The notes beneath the pieces were generated by a model, which ran no database searches, was not told the DNA's origin, and saw only the letters and a list, made by a program, of their open reading frames with translations. A stretch of 64,000 bases of DNA, from positions 512,001 through 576,000 of the forward strand of contig CBDEFO010000007.1 of assembly GCA_965237525.1 (NCBI GenBank), given 5' to 3'. The DNA is from Candidatus Latescibacterota bacterium (GTDB lineage: Bacteria > Latescibacterota > CBDEFO01). The position numbers and the translations under genes are program-made. Every line of letters begins with the position of its first letter. The first letter of the stretch is position 1. This document shows positions 50,575 to 59,558 of the stretch, one piece after another.

Positions 50575-52023
50575 ATGTGGGCAAATCTGATAAAGATTAG
50601 GCGGACAACCCTTATAGGCGTTTTGACGCTTTTAGGCGTCATAGGGATTATGACTTTGAGCGTTATAGCCCGGGGGGAACCCAAAAAGGAGAGGAGAATC
50701 CTCTACTGGCAGGCTCCTATGGATCCTAACTACATCCGCTTTGAACCGGGAAAATCGCCCATGGGGATGGATCTGATACCGGTGTATGAAGACGAGGTCG
50801 GGGAAGTGGAGGCGGGGACGGTCCTGATAGACCCTGTAACGGTTCAGAACATCGGTGTCAAGACCGAAAAAGCGGAAAGTCGTCGCTTACACAAAGTCAT
50901 CAGGACTGTGGGACGGGTGGACTACGATGAGACGAAGATGACCGATGTGAACACCAAGATAGCAGGATGGGTGGAAAAGCTCTTTGTGGACTACACGGGA
51001 CAGAAAGTTAAAAAGGGAGATAGGCTCTTAGAGATTTACAGCCCCGATTTAGTCTCCACTCAGGAGGAGTATCTGACAGCTTTAAGATATAGAGAGACGC
51101 TATCTAAGAGTCCCTTTGCGGATATAGTCGCGGGAGCCGACGCTCTGGTGGAGTCCTCCAGAAGGAGGCTAATATACTGGGATATTACGGAGGAGCAGAT
51201 AGAGGAATTGGAGGAGACAGAAGAGATTAAAAAGACTATGACTTTGTACTCCCCTCAAAATGGAATCGTGGTCCACAAATCGGTCTTTGACGGGATGCAC
51301 ATAAAGTCGGGCGAGCATCTGTACAGGATAGGGGATATTTCGACAATATGGGTCTACGCGGATATATACGAATACGAACTTTCCTGGATAGAGGAGGGCC
51401 AAAAGGCACACATGACATTGGCTTACTATCCGGGTGAGACTTTTGAGGGGAAAATCACCTTTGTCTATCCCTTCTTGGAATCCAAGACGAGGACTGTCAA
51501 AGCAAGGATAGAGTTCCCCAACTATGACTGGAAGCTCAAACCTCATATGTATGTGAACGTCAACATTATGCCCGAAGTCGCAAAGGAGACAGTAGTAGTT
51601 CCCGATAACGCCGTGATCCATTCAGGGGAAAGACAGATAGTAATTGTGGATAAAGGCGGTGGAAAATTCCAGCCGAGAGAGATCACATTAGGGGTTGAGG
51701 CCGGTGGATATTATCAGGTGTTGGACGGAGTCTACGAGGGCGAGCGCATTGTCACATCTGCCAACTTCTTGATAGATTCTGAGAGCAATCTCAAGGCCGC
51801 TATAAGCACTATGATAAGCGCAAAGACTGAGGCGGCTGCCGAAGAAGGTGAGATGGAACATGAAGAGATGAAGATGGAAGAGGATAAGTCCGATACCACA
51901 GAGTTGAAAGACAACCAGAACGGTACTAAACATGAGGAAATGAAACATGAAGGGATGAAGATGAAGGAGAATGAGGCCGACACAACAAAGTCCAAGCACA
52001 ATCATAAAGATATGAAGCGCTAA
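50575..52023 (+). CDS. cusB: CusB-like RND periplasmic adaptor
   Basis: YWQAPMDP....PGKSPMGMDL, FLIDSES; His/Met-rich tail. Confidence 0.92.
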   Translation: MWANLIKIRRTTLIGVLTLLGVIGIMTLSVIARGEPKKERRILYWQAPMDPNYIRFEPGKSPMGMDLIPVYEDEVGEVEAGTVLIDPVTVQNIGVKTEKAESRRLHKVIRTVGRVDYDETKMTDVNTKIAGWVEKLFVDYTGQKVKKGDRLLEIYSPDLVSTQEEYLTALRYRETLSKSPFADIVAGADALVESSRRRLIYWDITEEQIEELEETEEIKKTMTLYSPQNGIVVHKSVFDGMHIKSGEHLYRIGDISTIWVYADIYEYELSWIEEGQKAHMTLAYYPGETFEGKITFVYPFLESKTRTVKARIEFPNYDWKLKPHMYVNVNIMPEVAKETVVVPDNAVIHSGERQIVIVDKGGGKFQPREITLGVEAGGYYQVLDGVYEGERIVTSANFLIDSESNLKAAISTMISAKTEAAAEEGEMEHEEMKMEEDKSDTTELKDNQNGTKHEEMKHEGMKMKENEADTTKSKHNHKDMKR

Positions 52024-52049
52024 GATGATTCCGTGGAGGTTGTGAGAAG

Positions 52050-55000
52050 ATGTTAGAAAAGATCATAGAAGCGAGTATCAACAACAAGTTCCTGGTTATC
52101 CTTTTTACCCTCTTTGCTGTGGGATGGGGGGTATATGCGATGCTCAATACACCCTTAGATGCCATACCTGATCTTTCGGACGTTCAGGTGATAATTTTCA
52201 CTGAGTATCCAGGTCAGGCCCCCCAGGTGGTGGAAGATCAGATCACCTATCCTTTAACGACGGCTATGTTGGCTGTGCCCTTTGCTAAAGTAGTGAGAGG
52301 ATATTCGTTCTTCGGTCTCTCATTTGTGTATGTGATCTTTGAGGACGGGACAGATATGTACTGGGCCCGAAGCCGCGTCCTTGAGTATCTGAACTTCGTA
52401 TCCGGGAGGTTGCCCGGAGGCGTGACTCCGAGTCTGGGACCTGACGCCACAGGTGTCGGATGGGTCTATGAGTATATATTAGAGAGCGACAGGCACGATC
52501 TGAGCGAACTCCGATCCATACAGGACTGGTACTTAAGGTATGAGCTTACGAGCGTGCCCGGAGTCGCCGAGGTGGCGAGCGTCGGAGGGTTCGTCAAGCA
52601 GTATCAGGTGACTGTGGACCCCAATAAGCTCATCGCCTACAATATCCCTCTGCACAAGGTTAAGATGGCCATCCAAAGGAGCAACAACGACGTGGGCGGA
52701 AGGCTCGTGGAGTTTGCTGAAACGGAGTTTATGGTCAGGGCGCTCGGGTATTTCAAGTCTGTGGGAGACATCAAAAAGGTGGCTATAGGCGTGGATATGA
52801 ACGGGACCCCTATTACGGTAAAAGATGTGGGGGACGTTCAGCTCGGCCCTGAGATGAGAAGGGGACTTGCCGAATGGGAGGGAGAAGGTGAAGTAGTCGG
52901 CGGGATAATCATAATGAGATATGGAGAGAACGCCCTTAAAGTTATAGAGAATGTAAAAAAGAAGCTTAAAGATCTCGAAAGGGGTCTCCCCGAAGGGGTG
53001 AAGATCAGGACCGCTTACGACAGGTCTGCCCTGATACTAAGGGCCGTAGACAACCTCAAAGAGAAACTTTTGGAAGAGAGTGTTGTCGTGGCAGCGGTGT
53101 GCATAATCTTTCTGTTGCACTTTAGAAGCTCCCTTGTGGCAATCCTCACTTTGCCTATGGGGATATTGATCTCCTTTATAATTATGCACAAACAGGGCAT
53201 AAACGCCAATATTATGTCTTTGGGGGGCATCGCTATCGCTATCGGAGTTATGATAGATGCAGCGATAGTTATGATAGAAAACGCCCACAAGCACATAGAA
53301 AGGGATAAAGGCGTAAAGGATCACTGGCAGATCATTATGGACGCATCCAAAGAGGTTGGTCCCGCCCTTTTCTACTCGCTTTTAATAATTACACTGTCGT
53401 TTCTGCCCGTCTTCACACTCGAGGCACAGGAGGGCAGGCTCTTTAAGCCCCTGGCGTTCACAAAGACCTATGCTATGGCGGCCGCAGCGCTTTTGTCTAT
53501 AACGATTGTGCCCGTGTTGATGGGATTCTTCATCCGGGGAAGAATACCAAAGGAGAATAAGAATCCTCTCAACCGTCTCCTCATATTCATCTACCGCCCT
53601 GTGATACATCTGGTTCTTAAGTATAGAAAGACGACCATACTTTTGGCTCTTTTGAGCCTCATGATTACCATTTTTCCGTTCGAGAGCCTCATAGTATCCA
53701 AAGTAGAGGATGGAAGGGTATTGAAGCTCTTGACATACGTGGATAAGGCGTTCCCTCTGGAGAAATTGGGATCGGAGTTTATGCCTCCACTGTATGAGGG
53801 GGACCTTCTCTATATGCCTACGACCCTTCCCGGAATATCGGTCACAAAAGCCAGAGATATATTACAGCAGACGGACAAGATAATCCGCACCTTCCCTGAA
53901 GTCCACCACGTCTTCGGAAAGATAGGAAGAGCGGAGACGGCCACAGACCCTGCGCCTTTTAGCATGATAGAAACTACGATCATGCTAAAATCTGAGGACG
54001 AATGGCGGGAGGGGATGACGCCTGAGAAGCTCGTGGAGGAGATGGACGCCGCCATCAAGTTCCCCGGCCTCACCAACGCCTGGACTATGCCTATTAAGAC
54101 CAGGGTAGATATGCTCTCCACCGGGATAAAGACCCCCGTGGGGATCAAGGTAGTAGGGGAAGACCTGGAGGTCCTTCAGGAATTGGGAAAAAAGATCGAA
54201 CAGGTCATAAGGGATGTCCCCGGTACACTAAGTGTATACGCTGAAAGAGTGGTCGGCGGAAACTATCTGGACTTTGAGATAGACAGGGATCAGATAGCCC
54301 GCTACGGTCTGACCGTTGGGGATGTCCAGGACGTGATACAGTCCGCCATCGGCGGGATGAACATCACCACGACCGTCGAGGGACTGGAGAGGTATCCCGT
54401 CAACCTGAGATACGGGAGGGAGCTGAGGGACAACATCCCTGCCCTAAAGAGGGTTCTGGTCCCCACACCGAGGGGCGAGCAAGTCCCCATGGGACAGCTC
54501 GCGGATATAAAAATAAGAAAGGGTCCGCCGGGGATAAAGAGCGAGAACGCCCGCCTGAACGCCTGGATATACATAGACATCAGGGACATAGATGTGGGCA
54601 CTTACGTGGAACGAGCTCAAAAGGCGGTCCTTGAGAACGTCCAGATTCCCGCCGGATATAACATCATCTGGAGCGGACAGTACGAATATATGCAGAGAGC
54701 AAAAGAACGCCTCAAGATCGTCATACCGATAACCCTGGGAATCGTATTCCTGCTTTTGTATTTCAACTTCAAGAACATCACCGAAAGCCTAATTGTGATG
54801 CTCTCACTGCCCTTTGCTTTAGTGGGCGGGATCTGGCTTATGCACATATTAGGTTACAATATGAGCGTGGCGGTGGGAGTTGGGTTCATAGCGCTAGCGG
54901 GCGTCGCTGCCGAGACAGGTGTGATAATGCTAATTTACCTGGATCAGGCCTACAAGGAGAAGCTCCTCGAAAAAGGCGGGTCTATGGGGATAAAAGATCT

Positions 55001-55244
55001 ATACGATGCGATTATCGAGGGAGCTGTGGATAGATTGAGACCCAAGATAATGACTGTAACAGCTATTATGGGAGGTCTTCTACCTATTATGTGGGGTACA
55101 GGCACGGGGTCTGCTGTTATGAGGCGGATTGCTGCTCCTATGGTTGGAGGGATGATCTCATCTACTATACTAACGTTAGTTGTAATTCCTGCTATATATG
55201 CGGTTTGGAAAGGATGGGAGATAAAGAAAAAAAGGCATGCTTAG
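52050..55244 (+). CDS. cusA: CusA/SilA-type heavy metal RND permease
   Basis: DAIPDLSDVQV, GSEFMPPLYEGDLLYMP, AWTMPIK.RVDMLSTG, RLRPKIMT. Confidence 0.95.
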   Translation: MLEKIIEASINNKFLVILFTLFAVGWGVYAMLNTPLDAIPDLSDVQVIIFTEYPGQAPQVVEDQITYPLTTAMLAVPFAKVVRGYSFFGLSFVYVIFEDGTDMYWARSRVLEYLNFVSGRLPGGVTPSLGPDATGVGWVYEYILESDRHDLSELRSIQDWYLRYELTSVPGVAEVASVGGFVKQYQVTVDPNKLIAYNIPLHKVKMAIQRSNNDVGGRLVEFAETEFMVRALGYFKSVGDIKKVAIGVDMNGTPITVKDVGDVQLGPEMRRGLAEWEGEGEVVGGIIIMRYGENALKVIENVKKKLKDLERGLPEGVKIRTAYDRSALILRAVDNLKEKLLEESVVVAAVCIIFLLHFRSSLVAILTLPMGILISFIIMHKQGINANIMSLGGIAIAIGVMIDAAIVMIENAHKHIERDKGVKDHWQIIMDASKEVGPALFYSLLIITLSFLPVFTLEAQEGRLFKPLAFTKTYAMAAAALLSITIVPVLMGFFIRGRIPKENKNPLNRLLIFIYRPVIHLVLKYRKTTILLALLSLMITIFPFESLIVSKVEDGRVLKLLTYVDKAFPLEKLGSEFMPPLYEGDLLYMPTTLPGISVTKARDILQQTDKIIRTFPEVHHVFGKIGRAETATDPAPFSMIETTIMLKSEDEWREGMTPEKLVEEMDAAIKFPGLTNAWTMPIKTRVDMLSTGIKTPVGIKVVGEDLEVLQELGKKIEQVIRDVPGTLSVYAERVVGGNYLDFEIDRDQIARYGLTVGDVQDVIQSAIGGMNITTTVEGLERYPVNLRYGRELRDNIPALKRVLVPTPRGEQVPMGQLADIKIRKGPPGIKSENARLNAWIYIDIRDIDVGTYVERAQKAVLENVQIPAGYNIIWSGQYEYMQRAKERLKIVIPITLGIVFLLLYFNFKNITESLIVMLSLPFALVGGIWLMHILGYNMSVAVGVGFIALAGVAAETGVIMLIYLDQAYKEKLLEKGGSMGIKDLYDAIIEGAVDRLRPKIMTVTAIMGGLLPIMWGTGTGSAVMRRIAAPMVGGMISSTILTLVVIPAIYAVWKGWEIKKKRHA

Positions 55245-55539
55245 AGACGTTTCAGATACTATGAAACGTTCGCTTCGGGAGGCTTGAGCTTTATGGTGCA
55301 ATGTTTGCGTGTTGACCGAGACAAAACGCGCAGGATGCGCAAAATTTGCATATCTTGAGAGCGGTGTGTTCAATCTTCATAGAAGTTGCTAATTATATAA
55401 GAGTTTGTAAAAAGGTCGCTTATCATCACATAAGAGGCCTTTTTTCTTATTTGCGCGCAGATGGCATGGCAGATGCTAATTCAGTCTACAGAGGATATAG
55501 GAAAACCTGCCAATAGGTTGCTGAATAAGGGGATAAAAG

Positions 55540-55796
55540 ATGGTCCTAGGCACGGACGTAACGATGGACAAAGACAGGAGTTTGAATAGATACCTGGAAG
55601 AGATTAAACCATATAAACGCTTGTCCACCCGGCAGGAGAGGGAACTTGCGGCAAAGACAAAAAAGGGAGACATAGAGGCCAGGGACAGGTTGGTCAGGGC
55701 TAATCTGCGCTTCGTCGTGAAGGTAGCAAAGGAATATCAAAACTGTGGGCTACCGCTAACTGATATCATAAGCCAAGGGAATATGGGCCTGATTAG
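55540..55796 (+). pseudogene. RpoD/SigA-type sigma70 N-terminal fragment interrupted by an IS
   Basis: YLEEI...LVRANLRFVVKVAKEY..GLPLTDIISQGNMGLI (regions 1.2 and 2). Confidence 0.88.
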
Positions 55797-55891
55797 AAGG
55801 CTTGTGAAAAACCCTTAAATGGAAAAAATAGTATAAAAACATTGACGGAGCAATCTCGATGTATTATATTATATGATTGATAATATTATAC

Positions 55892-56383
55892 ATGGAGGGA
55901 ATAATAACGCCACAAAAGAAGGAACAGACAAATCCGATATGTCACTATTTTCGGATGGAGGATTTAGTTCCCCAAGACCATATTCTCCGTCAAATTGATA
56001 AAGCGGTTGATTTTTCATTTGTACGAGACGTTGTGTCAACTTGTTATTGTACTGACAATGGCAGACTTGGTATTGACCCTGAGCTAGTTGTGCGTATAAT
56101 TCTTATCGGCTACCTGTATAATTTGAGTGAGAATAGACTTTGTCAGGAAGTGGCGATGCATGCGGCATATCGCTTATTTTGTCATCAGACATTTGAGGAC
56201 GAGGTTCCGGATCGGAGCACGATCAACAAGCTTCGCAATCACAAGTGGGCATCCAGTGGTTTGTTTGAACAGATAATGCATCAGATAGTCCAGCGCTGCA
56301 TAGATGTTGGTGTTGTGAGCGGTAGACACCTAAGTGTCGATGGCACTCAGATACAAGCTGATGTTTCAGTAAAGAGTATTGAT
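55892..56383 (+). pseudogene. IS1182-family transposase, N-terminal half
   Basis: EDLVPQDHILRQID, GIDPE, PDRSTI, VDGTQIQAD, then fused to MITE copy 3. Confidence 0.85.
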
Positions 56384-56586
56384 CCCCGATTGAGTCTATC
56401 GGGGAAGCAATCTAAAGGTTTTATAGTGGTCTCCTATGAGAGCCGGGGAGTATTACATCTACCACAGAATCGAGATTGCTTCGCCTTCGGCTCGCAATGA
56501 CACCGAAGGTGGTTAAACGACATAACTATAATATAATTCAATCCCTTAATTAATGCACTGCCTTTTTTTGTGAATTATTCGGGTTA
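56384..56586 (-). mobile_element. MITE copy 3, inverted and truncated at a mini-palindrome (56384..56404)
   Basis: Reverse complement matches 28503 onward; carries the second insert but not the first. Confidence 0.9.
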
Positions 56587-56865
56587 GCCAGTAGTTGGCA
56601 TTTTCGAGCGCTTTTTACATGGTGACTATTTCAGAAGGCTTTTAGTGCAGGTCATCGTTCCCTCCTCGGAAAAGGATGAATGTAAATACGACTTGCTTCC
56701 TAAATATATCATCCTGCCCCCGGATAGGCGATGACCTTTCTTATCTCAACCAAATTTACAGAAATTTACGGATTCAATCCATATTTCACGGTTGTGTATC
56801 AAACTTTAGACAAAGATGTCTATAAGATCATAAGTGTATACGAAAACAGATAAAGATGATGGAGA

Positions 56866-57234
56866 ATGAAAAGAACAAAGTGCGAGGAATGTGGTGGAAG
56901 AATCATAAGGGAGAAAGTGAACTATGACTATCTGGGAGAGCATATTGGCAGATTTGAAGCTGAGATATGCAGTAAATATGGTGAGATAGTCTTCGATAAA
57001 GAAGTGAGTGACGAAATAGAAAAAAGAGTAAAAGACAGGGAATTATATGGCCTTGCAGTAAACACTAAGGTAGGCATCGCTGGCTCGTCTTATGTAATTA
57101 GAATAAACAAAAAACTGGCGGAGTTCCTAAAACTCGAGAAAGGAGAAGAAGTCCATATTCATCCTGAGGGCAGGAAAAAAAATAGTAATCCAAACATCGA
57201 AATGACGCCAGAAAAAACCGGAAAGTTAAATTAG
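56866..57234 (+). CDS. YgiT-type Zn-finger plus AbrB-like protein (antitoxin-like)
   Basis: CEECGG...ICSKYGE, then KVGIAGSSYVIRINKKLAEFLKLEKGEEV. Confidence 0.65.
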   Translation: MKRTKCEECGGRIIREKVNYDYLGEHIGRFEAEICSKYGEIVFDKEVSDEIEKRVKDRELYGLAVNTKVGIAGSSYVIRINKKLAEFLKLEKGEEVHIHPEGRKKNSNPNIEMTPEKTGKLN

Positions 57235-57309
57235 GAAAAGTAATTTACATAATAGAAAAGATAAAATTCATTACAGATTTCTCGAAAAGTAGACATTGCA
57301 TAGAACTAC

Positions 57310-57730
57310 AGTTTTGCTGCATTGCTTCGGATTAAGCAAGCCTCTCGAACACCTCTTTGCGTGGGAGAAAATCTCTATTTGCGCTACGGTTTCCGTGATA
57401 TCTTGGAAAAGCAAGCTGTGGATGTGATTATGCCGGACATCTCGAAGTGCGGCGGTCTTTCGGAATGTCGCAAAATCGCGAATATGGCAGAAATTTACTA
57501 CATTCCGATGGCGCCACACAACAACAGTGGTCCGCTTTAAACTCTTGCGGATAGCCCTATATGCGCTAGCATTCCGAACTTCCTTGCATTAGGAATGGCA
57601 TCGCTTTGGTGATCGAACGTGGGATAACACGCTTCTGGCGGATGCGCCTTTAATACAAAATGGATATGTTTTACTGCCAGATAACCCTGGTCGTGGGGCA
57701 GAGCTGAACGAAGAATACAGTCAGCAGGAC
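57310..57730 (+). pseudogene. Mandelate racemase/enolase superfamily C-terminal remnant
   Basis: PLCVGEN, DVIMPDISKCGG, MAPHN; broken downstream. Confidence 0.8.
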
Positions 57731-57820
57731 TAAGGACCGCTGTTCCAGTAAACAGGATACCTTTGAGCTTGTACTATTTGGGAAATTATTACTATCTCAA
57801 AATAAAAGCGTGGAGATTCT

Positions 57821-58393
57821 ATGACAGGGACACAACGTGTATTGACGACTGGAGAAGTTGCAAAGTATTGTCAAGTGACACCAATGACAGTGCTGAACTG
57901 GATCAATTCCGACCAGCTAAAGGCCTACCAGACCCCTGGGGGACACTACCGGGTCCAACACGATGATTTTAAAGATTTCCTGAAGCGGCACGGCATGCCG
58001 ATAAGGATGGATCTCTTCCCGGAGGAACGGAAGAAGATACTTGTTGTCGATGATGAGCCTCAGGTCGTCGATTTTATTCTCAGGGTTCTCAGAGGGAGAT
58101 TCCCAGATTTTGAGTTTGACACTGCGTTCAACGGCTACGATGCGGGTTTTCAGGCGGCGGTATTGAGGCCAGATCTTGTCATTCTGGATATTCGGATGCC
58201 AGGGATAGATGGGTTTGAGGTCTGCCGGAGGATCAAGACATCTCAGGAGACGATGTCGGCCAGGGTTCTGGCGATCACGGCATTTCCTGAGGATCAGAGT
58301 GTTGAACGTATAATGGCGAGTGGTGCAGATGACTATCTTATCAAGCCGTTTGATGCGAAAGAACTGATCTCGAAAATTTTATCACTTACGTAA
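57821..58393 (+). CDS. Excisionase-type HTH plus receiver response regulator
   Basis: LTTGEVAKYC...TPGGHYR; ILVVDD, LDIRMP, KPF. Confidence 0.92.
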   Translation: MTGTQRVLTTGEVAKYCQVTPMTVLNWINSDQLKAYQTPGGHYRVQHDDFKDFLKRHGMPIRMDLFPEERKKILVVDDEPQVVDFILRVLRGRFPDFEFDTAFNGYDAGFQAAVLRPDLVILDIRMPGIDGFEVCRRIKTSQETMSARVLAITAFPEDQSVERIMASGADDYLIKPFDAKELISKILSLT

Positions 58394-58889
58394 GTAAGCA
58401 ACTTTATAAAAAATATCATCGATACGCTGTCACACGCCCTTTTAGTCTTAGATAAGGTTTAATCAAAAGATAGTTCTCCTTATAGACGTAAGTGAAATCA
58501 CGAGTCTCCAAGAACCTCCTAATGACTGCCGAGGAGACCCTCCCTTTCTGTCCAAAGACCCGCTTTAGAAAATCCGCTACGATTTTGTGATAAGCTACAT
58601 CATCCTGCCTTTCCAGTCTTTTGGTAATTTGATCTCCGATGAAAAAATACCGTTAATTTCTCGCGATCTATCCTCTCTTCCTCAGAATCCACCTTTCCCC
58701 TGGAAGTCCCTTCTCATATACAATGTTCTTTCTGTTTTCAACTTACCCTCAAATCGAGATAGGGATTCAACTAAGTGATCCCCATCACAGTTTTCCCTTG
58801 ATAAAGTGTGGTTAATTGTGTATATTATATCAAAAATACAAAAACAATAAACAATTGCCCTATAAAAAGACAAGATCTGGGAGGATTCT

Positions 58890-59498
58890 ATGTCAGACAC
58901 ATAACGTCTATTGACGACTGGGGAAGTTGCAAAGTATTGTCAAGTGACACCAATGATAGTGCTGAACTGGATCAATTCTGGTGGGTTAAAGGCCTATCAG
59001 ACCCCTGGGGGACACTACCGGGTCCAACACGATGATTTTAAAGATTTCCTGAAGCGGCACGGCATGCTGATCAGGATGGATCTCTTCCCCGAGGAACGGA
59101 AGAAGATCCTTGTTGTCGATGATGAGCCTCAGGTCGTCGACTTTATTCTCAGGGTTCTCAGAGGGAGACTCCCAGATTTTGAGTTTGACACTGCGTTCAA
59201 CGGCTACGATGCGGGTTTTCAGGCGGCGGTATTGAGGCCAGATCTTGTCATTCTGGATATTCGGATGCCAGGGATAGATGGGTTTGAGGTCTGCCGGAGG
59301 ATCAAGACATCTCAGGAGACGATGTCGGCCAGGGTTCTGGTGATCACGGCATTTCCTGAGGATCAGAGTGTTGAACGTATAATGGCGTGTAGTGCAGATG
59401 ACTATCTTATCAAGCCGTTCGATGCGAAAGAACTGATCTCGAAAATTTTATCACTTATCGATGAGTCCCCGCCCAGGATAATCGCGAGGGTGAGCTGA
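58890..59498 (+). pseudogene. Near-identical duplicate regulator with TAA at codon 5 (may restart at TTG 58911)
   Basis: atg tca gac aca TAA versus atg aca ggg aca CAA in copy 1. Confidence 0.75.
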
Positions 59499-59558
59499 GC
59501 GCATAGGAGCGTCTGTCGTTTTTCAATAAGACTGATTGAGAATAAGAGGGGTTGATTC

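Larger units (their letters stand above)
55797..56641 (+). mobile_element. IS1182/IS5-type element, internally deleted
   Basis: Ends aaggcttgtgaaaaa / tatttcagaaggctt; TTAG on both sides (55793, 56642). Confidence 0.75.
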
